The notes under the pieces are model-generated. The model had not been told where the DNA came from. It saw only the letters and a program-made list of their open reading frames with translations, and did not search any database. Source: an uncultured cyanobacterium (GTDB lineage Bacteria; Cyanobacteriota; Cyanobacteriia; Cyanobacteriales; Nostocaceae). From it: DNA of 64,000 nt. Position numbers and translations under genes: made by a program. The DNA lies in the NCBI GenBank assembly GCA_963706595.1, contig OY970166.1, forward strand, positions 3,936,001-4,000,000, in the 5' to 3' direction. Positions 1 through 9,660 of this stretch are shown here, one piece after another (the first letter of the stretch is position 1; each line of letters begins with the position of its first letter).

Positions 1-1
1 T

Positions 2-973
2 AATTTAGCTGGAATCAATTTGAGTGGAAAAGATTTTAACCATATTAATTTAAGTCAAGCTAATTTAAAAGGTGCAAATTTTAGTGGTACTAGCATAATT
101 TCAGGAAAGTTAAATGGTGCAAATCTTCAGGATGCAGATATGAGTAAAGCCTACTTATTTAATACAACATTGAGTCAAGCTAATTTTGATAACGCCAATC
201 TGAATCAGATAAGGCTCAGTTCTATGAGTCTAGAAAACGTCACCCTGAAAAAAGCCAACCTCGTCGGAGCCGAGCTTAACAATACTAACTTGAGTGGAGC
301 TAACTTAAGTGGAGCTAATTTAAGTAGTTTAAATTTGAGAGAAGGCAGTTTAAGCGGAGCTAACTTGAGTAATGCTAATCTGCAAAATGCTAACCTATTG
401 GAAACAAACTTGGAAGGAGCAAATCTTCAGGGAGCGAATCTGGAAACAGCAATTTACAATGAAAAAACTATCTTTTCCAAAGGTTTTGTTCCTCCTACAG
501 GGGCTTATTTAATCGCTCCAGGTGCGTGGTTGGAAAATGCTAAATTAGCGGGTGCTGATTTAAGTCAGGTTAATTTAACAGGAGCTAACCTACAATCTTC
601 TAACCTCGATTCAGTAATATTACATGGTACAAATTTAAGTCAGGCTAATTTGAGTAATGCAAATTTAAGCAAAGCAAATTTGAGCGGTACAAAACTGATT
701 CAGGCTAATATGACTGGAGCAAACTTGGATGAAGCGGATCTGTCTGATGCTAATCTAACTGCTGCTATGCTCACTAATGCAACACTAATGCTGTCAAACT
801 TAAGTGGAAGTAACCTAAATGCGGCGGTATTAAGTGGGGCTAATTTGACAAACGCAAGATTATCTAACGTAAACTGTAGCGGTGCTGATTTCACTGGAGT
901 AAATTTAGTTGGTGCGACTCTTCAGGGTAACTTTAGTAGTGCAAATTTAACCAATGCAAACCTCTGTGGTTAG
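2..973 (+). CDS. Pentapeptide repeat protein (5' partial; the frame is open from the window start)
   Basis: Continuous A(N/D)LxX pentapeptides (ANLSG, ANLQG, ADLSD). The frame is open upstream of the TTG at 20 (NLAGIN). Confidence 0.9.
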   Translation, partial: NLAGINLSGKDFNHINLSQANLKGANFSGTSIISGKLNGANLQDADMSKAYLFNTTLSQANFDNANLNQIRLSSMSLENVTLKKANLVGAELNNTNLSGANLSGANLSSLNLREGSLSGANLSNANLQNANLLETNLEGANLQGANLETAIYNEKTIFSKGFVPPTGAYLIAPGAWLENAKLAGADLSQVNLTGANLQSSNLDSVILHGTNLSQANLSNANLSKANLSGTKLIQANMTGANLDEADLSDANLTAAMLTNATLMLSNLSGSNLNAAVLSGANLTNARLSNVNCSGADFTGVNLVGATLQGNFSSANLTNANLCG

Positions 974-1008
974 TTAAAAAAGCCATCGCCTGACTTTCCT
1001 TAATTAAC

Positions 1009-4000
1009 TTACTGTGTTAGAGGAATTTCTAGCCACAACTCACAACCCTTAGCAGATTCAGAAACACACTCGATTTTACCACCGTGTTTTTCCACAATAA
1101 TTTGATAGCTAATAGATAGCCCCAAACCAGTACCTTTGCCAGGTTCTTTGGTAGTAAAGAAAGGTTCAAAAATGCGCGATCGCATATTCTCAGGAACGCC
1201 ACAACCATTGTCACAAATACCAATTAAAATTCTATTTTGGGATATGACTTTCGTAGAAATAGAAATTAGAGGCTTTGCAGTTATTGTACCATCTGCTACT
1301 GACTGTTCCAAAGCATCGATAGCATTATTAATGATATTCATAAATACCTGATTCATTTGGGCTGCATAACACAAAACGGGAGGTAAGTCACCATATTGTT
1401 TCACTACCTCAACAGCAAAAGAATTACCCGGTGGTTGCAGGCGATGTTTTAAAATTAAGAGCGTGCTATCAATGCCTTCATGAATATCAACAGGCTTCAT
1501 TTCTGATTCGTCAAGGCGAGAAAAACTCCGCAAAGACAAAACTAATTGAGAGATTCGATCTGCTCCCATGCTCATCGAAGTAATAATTTTTGGCAAGTCA
1601 TCAGCAATAAAATCTAAATCTACTTCTGCCGTTTGTTCTGCGATTTTGCCTATTGCTTGAGGATAATCTCGCTCGTAAAGACGCAGTAATTTAAATAAAT
1701 TTTCGGTATGTTCTTTCACATAAGTGATGTTACCATAAATGAAGGTAATAGGGTTATTAATTTCATGTGCTATGCCAGCTACTAACTGCCCTAATCCTGC
1801 CATTTTTTCACTTTGGATTAACTGGCTTTGAGCTTGTTTCAATTCTATGAGAGTCTCTGCAAGTGCTTCTTTTTGCCTTTGCGTCTGTTCTAGTAATTCT
1901 GCTTGCTGAATTCCTACGCCTAATTGACTGCCAATCTGTACTAGCAAATCTATCTCATTCTCTTGCCAGTCACGAGGTTTGACATTGTGATACGCTGCTA
2001 ACAATCCCCATAATTTCTCGCCTTGAAAAATTGGCACCATCATCAATGCTCTGGCTAGAATTGGCGTAGTTATGGGAATATTAGTGCCAGTATTATTGAT
2101 ATGATAAATATCTGGAATCACCATAATTTTACCATTAGCAAAGTCTGCTCCTTGGGTTGATTGCAAATAGTCATCTGCAATCATCGGCAAAAGTTCTTGC
2201 ACTGGTGTCAAACTTGGGGCTAATGATTCAGCTACGAATTCGCCACTCCAATCTGGATTGAAGCGATAAATTGTGACTCGATCAACTTCTAATAGCCTTT
2301 GGACTTCTTGAGTTGTAGCTTTAAATATAGTGTCAATATCCAACGATTGACGAATTTTTTCCACGGTTGCAGCTAAAGTTTTTTCTCTTTGTGCTGCTTT
2401 GCGTTCTCGTTTAGCAGCTTTAGCTAGTTTTTCAGCTTGCATTTGCACTTGCTGTAAAGATTCTGCTTGTCGCAATGCTACCCCCAGTTGTACACCAACC
2501 TGTGCCAGCAAATTGATTTCTTCATCTTGCCAATAACGAGGCTGGGAGTTCTGATAAGCTACTAATAATCCCCATAGTTTCTCGCCTTGCGAAATTGGCA
2601 CAAAAATTTCATTTCGTGCGTACTTATTCCCTTGTTTACCTGGGGAAAAAGTTCGTTCTGTGACTAACTGAGGCTTGACTATTGGTGTCCAGCCATCAAC
2701 TATAGAATCGGCTACAAATTCGCCACTCCAGTCAGGGTAAAAGCGATAAATCGCTACTCGTTCTACTTCTAATAACCGCAGCACTTCTTGAGTAGTGGTT
2801 TTAAAGATGGTGTCAATATCCAGAGATTGGCGAATTTTTTCGACAGTGTTCGCCAGTGCCTTTTGCCTTTCCGCAGCTTTACCGATTTCTGCGGCTTGGG
2901 TTTGTAGTTGTCGCAAAAATTCTGCTTGCTGCAAAGCTACACCTAATTGAGTGCCTACTTGAGTGAGCAAATAGACTTCATCTTCTTGCCAATAACGAGG
3001 CTGGGAGTTTTGGTATACTGCTAACAAGCCCCAGAGTTTTTGACCGTGGTAAATAGCCATGATCACGTAAGCTTTTGCTTGATAGCTTTCTAAAACTTGA
3101 AGGTAGCAATCACTAAAACCTGCATTGTAAATATCATTACAAATGCGATAAACTTCACCTCTAGCAAAGTTACCACCTGCTGTATCTTGTAAGTAAGTAT
3201 CTACTTCTGGAATTTTAGTTAAATCTTTGACGCTACATTCACTAACATTTTCACGTAATTTGGGTTGTTTTAATTGCTCATCTATGAGGGAAGACCAACC
3301 CTCGGCCACAGATTCAAAGGCAAATTCACCACTCCAATCTGGATTAAAACGATAGATAGATACACGGTCAGCATTCAACAACTTTCGCAGTTCGGCTGTA
3401 CTTGTGTGGAAAATAATTTCTATGTCAAGAGTTTGACGAATTTTTTCTATGGTGATGGCGATATTTTTTTGCCATTCTGCTGCTTTTTCTCTGGCTTTCG
3501 CTTCTGCTAGTTCTGCCGATTGGATTTTTGCCTGTTCTAAGTAATCTGCTTGCTGCAAAGCTACACCCAGATGTTCAGCGATCAGTTGCACAAACTCAAT
3601 TTCCGGTGTGGTCCATTGCCGAGGTCCTGTACACTGATGAATACATAATAATCCCCATAAATCTTTGCCCTTCATTAAAGGACAAGCTATGTTAGCACGT
3701 ACTTGGAAGGCTTCTAGCATCTGGATATGGCAATCGCTGATCCCTGTTTCATAAATATCAGCGATGAAATTAGTTCGACCTTCCTGATATAGTCCAGCAA
3801 ACTCCGCAGCAAAGCAGTGGTCGCGCAGTTTAACCGTTAATGCTGAATTCCATTCTTCTGCCACATCCTCATAGATAAATTCCCCTTCCCATGCCAATTC
3901 AGGATAAAAACGAAATACCCCTACCCGGTCAGTGTTTATCAGATGGCGTACTTCAGTGACTGTGGTTTTAAAAATGGTGTCTATATCCAGAGACTCACGA

Positions 4001-4059
4001 ATGCGGGAAATTACTCCAGATAGGGCTTTCTGCTGGTCGCTGTGAGATAGAGGGAGCAT
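1009..4059 (-). CDS. Multi-GAF (cyanobacteriochrome) sensor histidine kinase
   Basis: Four GAF repeats ([11 protein letters not shown]...LWGLL...W..EE..LL.Q). GAF1 has DHCF and CH; GAF2 has ECS, DTYLQ and CY. HisKA H-box [10 protein letters not shown]; HATPase motifs [32 protein letters not shown]. Confidence 0.93.
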   Translation of the reverse strand: MLPLSHSDQQKALSGVISRIRESLDIDTIFKTTVTEVRHLINTDRVGVFRFYPELAWEGEFIYEDVAEEWNSALTVKLRDHCFAAEFAGLYQEGRTNFIADIYETGISDCHIQMLEAFQVRANIACPLMKGKDLWGLLCIHQCTGPRQWTTPEIEFVQLIAEHLGVALQQADYLEQAKIQSAELAEAKAREKAAEWQKNIAITIEKIRQTLDIEIIFHTSTAELRKLLNADRVSIYRFNPDWSGEFAFESVAEGWSSLIDEQLKQPKLRENVSECSVKDLTKIPEVDTYLQDTAGGNFARGEVYRICNDIYNAGFSDCYLQVLESYQAKAYVIMAIYHGQKLWGLLAVYQNSQPRYWQEDEVYLLTQVGTQLGVALQQAEFLRQLQTQAAEIGKAAERQKALANTVEKIRQSLDIDTIFKTTTQEVLRLLEVERVAIYRFYPDWSGEFVADSIVDGWTPIVKPQLVTERTFSPGKQGNKYARNEIFVPISQGEKLWGLLVAYQNSQPRYWQDEEINLLAQVGVQLGVALRQAESLQQVQMQAEKLAKAAKRERKAAQREKTLAATVEKIRQSLDIDTIFKATTQEVQRLLEVDRVTIYRFNPDWSGEFVAESLAPSLTPVQELLPMIADDYLQSTQGADFANGKIMVIPDIYHINNTGTNIPITTPILARALMMVPIFQGEKLWGLLAAYHNVKPRDWQENEIDLLVQIGSQLGVGIQQAELLEQTQRQKEALAETLIELKQAQSQLIQSEKMAGLGQLVAGIAHEINNPITFIYGNITYVKEHTENLFKLLRLYERDYPQAIGKIAEQTAEVDLDFIADDLPKIITSMSMGADRISQLVLSLRSFSRLDESEMKPVDIHEGIDSTLLILKHRLQPPGNSFAVEVVKQYGDLPPVLCYAAQMNQVFMNIINNAIDALEQSVADGTITAKPLISISTKVISQNRILIGICDNGCGVPENMRSRIFEPFFTTKEPGKGTGLGLSISYQIIVEKHGGKIECVSESAKGCELWLEIPLTQ

Positions 4060-4284
4060 GGTATGAGACTTGTTTGGTTATTGTCCTGAATTCGGTCTTA
4101 TTGCTGGTATGTAACCAGGGTTTTCTAGACTCGGTGTAATTTTAAATATTCAATGAAAGCTTTTGATCATATTTGAAAATTCTCCTAGTAACTAATAAGT
4201 TAACATAAAATAATACTTTTTATACATAAAAATAGGGACATGACTATATCGTGTCCCTACAAAAAATTTTCACCTGTGAGTGAA

Positions 4285-4446
4285 TTATCGCCGTTTGGGA
4301 GAACTGCGTCGAATTTCGCGTTTTTCGTCTTCTCGGCGACGGCGATCGCGCCAATCTGCTAAGGTTAAGTAACCAACGCCACCAGTAACCGCTACGAGCA
4401 GTAATAAGGCTAATAAAGCCAAAATATTCAGGAATGGATTTTCCAC
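4285..4446 (-). CDS. Small (53 aa) single-TM hypothetical protein directly downstream of petN
   Basis: Read by hand: GTG start 7 nt after the petN stop. MENPFLNILALLALLLLVAVTGGVGYLTLADWRDRRRREDEKREIRRSSPKRR*: hydrophobic helix followed by a charged tail. Confidence 0.7.
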   Translation of the reverse strand: MENPFLNILALLALLLLVAVTGGVGYLTLADWRDRRRREDEKREIRRSSPKRR

Positions 4447-4453
4447 GCTTCCC

Positions 4454-4543
4454 CTATAATCCGTTACGTCCCCAAACTACCATTGCAATCGACCAAGTAA
4501 ACACAGCCAAGAGTGATACCCAACCCAGTGTCAAAGTTGCCAT
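4454..4543 (-). CDS. petN: Cytochrome b6f complex subunit PetN
   Basis: Read by hand (below the ORF-track cutoff): [29 protein letters not shown], the 29-aa PetN signature. Confidence 0.95.
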   Translation of the reverse strand: MATLTLGWVSLLAVFTWSIAMVVWGRNGL

Positions 4544-4730
4544 AGTCTTACTTTCTAAATAATTACAAAACGTCTCTAATATTTATCATAATGGGAAAGG
4601 GCTGTTGATTCTGCAACCGTGTGGTTGAGGACCATGGTGGGTGACGCGATCGCTAACCCAGCCTACTGGTATGAGAAGGGTGATTTTGGGTATAAACTAA
4701 CGATTGTATAGTATTACCCATAGATTCAAG

Positions 4731-5189
4731 GTGAACGAAACTTCAGATATGCAATTGATGGCGGAACGCCTAGAATCTCTCAAGGCTGGTGTAATTGGGG
4801 GTTTGTCTTTGTGTCTGGCTTTCCTGATTACCAATCTGGTGAATATTCTGGTGTTAGCAAGGTATTTTCCTCCACTTGCAAGTCTGCAAACAGAGATTAA
4901 TTGGCATTGGTGGCTGAGTGGGGGAATTGCGGGTTTCTCTGGCTTGTTATTTGGTGTCACCTATCGTTATATCATCCGCACAGATGAAAATCCTCAACTC
5001 AAATCGGGTGGTGTATTGGCTTTCGGTTTAGTGCGAGGTTTAACCCAGATAGATTGTACTCAGGCAATGTTACCTGATTTTATCCTAGCCGGGGAAAGTG
5101 TGTTGTGGTTTGCAATGGGGGCGATCGCTCTCGATACCGCTCTTCAAATCGGCTGGATCAAACCTTTTACATCTCAAAACTCAAGTTGA
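4731..5189 (+). CDS. Conserved-type cyanobacterial hypothetical membrane protein
   Basis: Several hydrophobic segments; motifs ERLESLKAG, LFGVTYRY, LKSGGVLAFGLVRGL. Start uncertain (4704, 4731 or 4749). Confidence 0.7.
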   Translation: MNETSDMQLMAERLESLKAGVIGGLSLCLAFLITNLVNILVLARYFPPLASLQTEINWHWWLSGGIAGFSGLLFGVTYRYIIRTDENPQLKSGGVLAFGLVRGLTQIDCTQAMLPDFILAGESVLWFAMGAIALDTALQIGWIKPFTSQNSS

Positions 5190-5263
5190 GTCAAGGGAGT
5201 GATGAAGCTGGCAAAAATTAAAAGATACACTGAAATAATAACAATTTCAGGAGCAAACACCTC

Positions 5264-6646
5264 ATGCCAGCACCTAATCGTCTGAAAACCCCTGCTTTTC
5301 TCCAGCAGTTACAGTGGGTAGCCGACCCTGTAGGATACATGGAAAAAGCAGCCCAACAATATCCTGACATTTTCACGGCTCACGTTGTTGGTTTTGGTAA
5401 TGACTTGGTATTTGTCAACCATCCCCAAGCGTTACAAGAAATTTTAACTAATGACCGCAAGAAGTTTTTCGCTGGTGGTAAAGAAAATAAAATTTTGCAA
5501 CCGTTATTAGGTGATTATTCGATGATTATGCTGGATGGCGATCGCCATCGAAAACGGCGACAATTGGTAATGCCATCTTTTCATGGCGATCGGATGCGGA
5601 ATTATGGTGAAATCATTAGTAATATTACTGCACAAGTCTGGAGTCAGTTACCGACAGATAAATCTTTTACGGCTCGTAATGTTACCCAAGATATCACCTT
5701 ACAAGTCATGTTACAGGCAGTGTTCGGTGTATATCAAGGAGAACGCAGCCAACAATTAAAGAAACAACTAGAGGGAATGGCGAATATATTTCGCTCACCT
5801 CTGAGTTCTAGTATGCTCTTTTTTTCGTCTCTCCAAAAGGATTTAGGCGCTTGGAGTCCCTGGGGTAAGTTTGTCAGGGATAGACAGGAACTGGATCGTT
5901 TAATTTACGCTGAAATTGCTGAACGCCGCCAGCAGAAACTGGAAAATCGGATTGATATCCTTTCCTTGCTGATGTCAGCAGAAGATGAAGCAGGTAATCC
6001 CATGACAGATCAGGAATTACGCGATGAGTTGATGACTTTGTTGTTTGCGGGATATGAAACTACAGCTACAGCAATGGCTTGGGGATTATATCTGATTCAA
6101 AAACACCCAGAAGTCCGAGAAAAACTGCTGCAAGAACTGGATACTCTGGAGGATTCACAAGATCCCATGGGCATTTTCCGTTTGCCTTATTTAACGGCTG
6201 TTTGTAATGAAATCTTACGGATTCATCCCGTGGCGATGTTGACGTTTCCCAGAATAGTAAAAGAACCTGTGGAAATTTTGGGTTATTCTCTAGACACTGG
6301 TACGGTATTAGTTGGCTCTATGTATCTGATTCACCAGCGTGAAGATTTATATCCAGAACCCAAGCAATTCAGACCAGAGCGTTTTTTAGAACGTCAATTT
6401 TCGCCTTATGAATTTATCCCCTTTGGTGGCGGTGTGCGGCGCTGTGTGGGCGAAGCTTTGGCGGTGTTTGAACTCAAGCTGGTTTTGGCAAAAATCCTCT
6501 CAAGCTATGAACTCGCATTGGTTGATGATCAACCAGAAGTACCCCGTCGTCGAGGTGTTACCCTTGCGCCTGGCCGTGGCGTGAATATGATGATTACAGG
6601 GAAGCGATCGCGTCAAGAATCTTCACTGAGTATGGCAACAAATTAG
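5264..6646 (+). CDS. Cytochrome P450 (CYP110-like)
   Basis: I-helix AGYETT, ExxR (EILR), FRPERF, heme motif PFGGGVRRCVG. Confidence 0.95.
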   Translation: MPAPNRLKTPAFLQQLQWVADPVGYMEKAAQQYPDIFTAHVVGFGNDLVFVNHPQALQEILTNDRKKFFAGGKENKILQPLLGDYSMIMLDGDRHRKRRQLVMPSFHGDRMRNYGEIISNITAQVWSQLPTDKSFTARNVTQDITLQVMLQAVFGVYQGERSQQLKKQLEGMANIFRSPLSSSMLFFSSLQKDLGAWSPWGKFVRDRQELDRLIYAEIAERRQQKLENRIDILSLLMSAEDEAGNPMTDQELRDELMTLLFAGYETTATAMAWGLYLIQKHPEVREKLLQELDTLEDSQDPMGIFRLPYLTAVCNEILRIHPVAMLTFPRIVKEPVEILGYSLDTGTVLVGSMYLIHQREDLYPEPKQFRPERFLERQFSPYEFIPFGGGVRRCVGEALAVFELKLVLAKILSSYELALVDDQPEVPRRRGVTLAPGRGVNMMITGKRSRQESSLSMATN

Positions 6647-6704
6647 ACTCAGAAAAGGTGATAGGATTTTGACTGTATTATTTTTATCCAACATCTAATT
6701 TTTT

Positions 6705-7877
6705 ATGGACTCCCTAACCTCCCGTATGCAGGCGGTACAGTCGCCAATCATTCCTGTGGTTGGGGAATTAATTCAAAATTCTCCCGGCACTATTTCTTTG
6801 GGACAGGGTGTAGTTTCATACAATCCACCGCCAGAAGCCATTGAGCTTCTACCGCAATTCTTAGCGGAATCTTCTAATAATTTATACAAAGCTGTTGAGG
6901 GAATTCCGCCATTATTAGCAGCGTTGGCGGTCAAGTTACAAACCTTCAATGGGATTGCAATTAATCAAGATAACTGCATTGTGGTGACTGCGGGAAGCAA
7001 TATGGCGTTTATGAATGCTATTTTGGCGATTACTTCCCCAGGTGACGAAATTATCCTGAATACGCCTTATTATTTCAATCATGAAATGGCGATCGCAATG
7101 GCTGGTTGTCGTGCCGTATTGGTAGCAACAGATGCAAATTATCAACTACGTCCAGAGGCGATCGCCCAAGCAATAACCGCCAAAACACGGGCTATAGTCA
7201 CAATATCCCCCAATAATCCCACCGGAGTTATTTATACAGAAGCCGCATTACAACAGGTAAATCAAATCTGTGGAACTCATGGCATTTACCACATTAGCGA
7301 TGAAGCCTATGAATATTTTACCTACGACGGAGTAAAACACATTTCGCCTGGGGCATTCAGTGGTAGTAGAGAGTACACCATTTCCCTGTATAGCCTTTCC
7401 AAAGCTTATGGTTTTGCCAGTTGGCGGATTGGTTATATGGTGATTCCGCAACACTTGTTTGTCTCCGTCAAAAAAATTCAAGATACGATTTTGATTTGTC
7501 CGCCCGTTATCTCTCAGTATGCAGCGTTAGGAGCATTACAAGCTAAAGCAGAGTATTTACAGAAAAATATTGGTGCAATTGCCCAAGTCCGAGAAATAGT
7601 CATCGATGCCCTCAAACCCTTAGAAGGTTTATGTAGCATAGCCCCTGCCAATGGTGCATTTTACTTTTTTCTAAAAGTTCATACTCAAATAGATGCGTTA
7701 GAATTAGTTAAAAGCTTAATTCAAGAACATCAAGTAGCAGTGATTCCCGGTACAACATTCGGGATGAAAGAAGGATGCTATCTGCGGGTTGCTTACGGTG
7801 CGCTGCAAAAAGATACCGCCAAAGCAGGTATAGAAAGATTAGTCCAAGGCTTACACAGGATAGTGATTAGTGGTTGA
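6705..7877 (+). CDS. PLP-dependent aminotransferase class I/II
   Basis: ISLGQG, SPNNPTG, ISDEAY and SLSKAYGFASWRIG (PLP lysine) motifs. Confidence 0.92.
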   Translation: MDSLTSRMQAVQSPIIPVVGELIQNSPGTISLGQGVVSYNPPPEAIELLPQFLAESSNNLYKAVEGIPPLLAALAVKLQTFNGIAINQDNCIVVTAGSNMAFMNAILAITSPGDEIILNTPYYFNHEMAIAMAGCRAVLVATDANYQLRPEAIAQAITAKTRAIVTISPNNPTGVIYTEAALQQVNQICGTHGIYHISDEAYEYFTYDGVKHISPGAFSGSREYTISLYSLSKAYGFASWRIGYMVIPQHLFVSVKKIQDTILICPPVISQYAALGALQAKAEYLQKNIGAIAQVREIVIDALKPLEGLCSIAPANGAFYFFLKVHTQIDALELVKSLIQEHQVAVIPGTTFGMKEGCYLRVAYGALQKDTAKAGIERLVQGLHRIVISG

Positions 7878-7940
7878 GTGGATTAATTATCTGAATTCCG
7901 CCTCCCTAAATTACCAAATATTAGTGTTAATCTTCCCACG

Positions 7941-7977
7941 AAAAAACCTCCATAAGAGTCACCTTACAGAGGTTTTT
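7941..7977. terminator. Probable bidirectional intrinsic terminator between the aminotransferase and tRNA-Gly
   Basis: AAAAAACCTC...GAGGTTTTT inverted repeat between convergent genes. Confidence 0.55.
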
Positions 7978-7982
7978 GTCTA

Positions 7983-8053
7983 AGCGGGCGGCGGGAATCG
8001 AACCCGCATTATTAGCTTGGAAGGCTAAAGTTTTACCACTAAACTACGCCCGC
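7983..8053 (-). tRNA. trnG: tRNA-Gly(TCC)
   Basis: Reverse strand GCGGGCGTAGTTTAGTGGTAAAAC-TTAGCCTTCCAAGCTAA-TAATGCGGGTTCGATTCCCGCCGCCCGCT folds as a cloverleaf with a TCC anticodon. Confidence 0.96.
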
Positions 8054-8224
8054 GAAATCAGAAAATATTTAATTAGCTAAATGTCCTAATATACAAACTT
8101 TACATAAAATGGATATATGTTTTAGCTTGCACACAGACATAAGTCAGTATAGCATACAATAATTTTATTGCACAAGATAATTTTCCAACTATTTTAAGAC
8201 CAGCATTTTTGGTAATATTGAAAA

Positions 8225-9553
8225 ATGACCAAGAAATCTGATGCTGACGGGAAGTCAGTTGATTCTCAGCAATTTACCGAGCCGACTGATGGCACACCTA
8301 AGTCGGGAGATAGCGCTTGGTCAAACCGTATTACTAATATCTGGAATAAAACTAGAAACCGCTTGGGGAATCTCGTACCTGTAGAGCAAGTAACACAGAC
8401 TATAGTTCAATGGTTTAGCGTGAGTGAAACTGAGGTAGCAGAGATTTTGGCGACAGTTCGAGCCGAACTCCCAACCACAGAGGCTTTGCTGATTGGTAAA
8501 CCCCAAGCTGGCAAAAGTTCCATTGTCCGGGGCTTAACAGGAGTATCTGCGGAAATTGTGGGTCAGGGATTTCGCCCCCACACTCAACATACCCAGCGTT
8601 ACGCCTATCCATCTCATGAATTACCGTTGCTGATTTTCACAGATACGGTGGGACTAGGAGACGTGAATCAGGAGACTCAAGCGGTAATTCAGGATTTGGT
8701 TAATGATTTACAAGAATCCACCCGTCGGGCTAGAGTCCTGATTTTGACAGTCAAAATCAATGATTTCGCCACCGAGACACTGCGACAAATTGCGGAAAAA
8801 CTCCGTCAGCAGTACCCAGAGATTCCCTGTCTATTGGCTGTTACCTGTTTACATGAAGTTTATCCCCCCAGTACAGCTGACCATCCTGATTATCCACCAG
8901 ACTATGAGGAAGTCAACCGCGCCTTTACAGCCATTGAGGAAGCTTTTACAGGATTATACGATCGCTCTGTCCTGATTGACTTCACTTTAGAAGAAGATGA
9001 GTATAATCCTGTGTTTTATGGATTAGAAGTATTACGGGATTCCTTAGCGGAAATACTTCCAGAAGCAGAAGCCCGTGCAATTTATCAGTTATTAGACGAT
9101 GCAGCTGGTAAGCAACTGGGCGATATTTACCGAGATGCTGGTCGGCGTTACATTTTACCATTTTCGATTATGGCAGCGGCTTTGGCGGCTGTGCCATTAC
9201 CATTCGCTACTATGCCAGTTTTAACTTCTTTACAAGTCTCAATGGTGGGTCTGCTAGGTAAATTATATGGGCAAACGGTAACACCATCACAGGCAGGAGG
9301 TGTTGTCAGTGCGATCGCAGGCGGTTTTTTAGCCCAAGCTGTTGCACGAGAGTTAATCAAATTTGTGCCTGGTTTCGGTAGCGTCATCGCTGCTTCTTGG
9401 GCTGCTGCTTACACTTGGGCGCTGGGAGAAGGTGCTTGTGTTTATTTTGGTGACTTAATGGGTGGTAAAAAACCCGATCCTCAAAAAATCCAGGCGGTGA
9501 TGAAAGAAGCTTTTCAGAAAGCACAGGAAATGTTTAAAGGTATCAAAACTTGA
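8225..9553 (+). CDS. P-loop GTPase with C-terminal DUF697/YcjF-like domain
   Basis: G1 GKPQAGKSS and G3 DTVG; C-terminal AVPLPFA...GLLGKLYG...K.VPG.GS hydrophobic region. Confidence 0.8.
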   Translation: MTKKSDADGKSVDSQQFTEPTDGTPKSGDSAWSNRITNIWNKTRNRLGNLVPVEQVTQTIVQWFSVSETEVAEILATVRAELPTTEALLIGKPQAGKSSIVRGLTGVSAEIVGQGFRPHTQHTQRYAYPSHELPLLIFTDTVGLGDVNQETQAVIQDLVNDLQESTRRARVLILTVKINDFATETLRQIAEKLRQQYPEIPCLLAVTCLHEVYPPSTADHPDYPPDYEEVNRAFTAIEEAFTGLYDRSVLIDFTLEEDEYNPVFYGLEVLRDSLAEILPEAEARAIYQLLDDAAGKQLGDIYRDAGRRYILPFSIMAAALAAVPLPFATMPVLTSLQVSMVGLLGKLYGQTVTPSQAGGVVSAIAGGFLAQAVARELIKFVPGFGSVIAASWAAAYTWALGEGACVYFGDLMGGKKPDPQKIQAVMKEAFQKAQEMFKGIKT

Positions 9554-9660
9554 AAATCATTGGACAAACTCAATAGGAATGTAGAGACGTTGCATACAAC
9601 GTCTCTACAAGGGTTCACCGAAAACGCATATTTGAATATTTGAATTCGGTCGTTGTTCAC

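Noticed and set aside
5264..7877. P450 plus aminotransferase as a possible biosynthetic cluster
   Set aside because: No scaffold-forming enzyme, precursor peptide or transporter nearby; both are common stand-alone cyanobacterial genes.
7983..9553. tRNA-Gly as a possible island integration site
   Set aside because: No integrase and no duplicated tRNA 3' end seen in the window.
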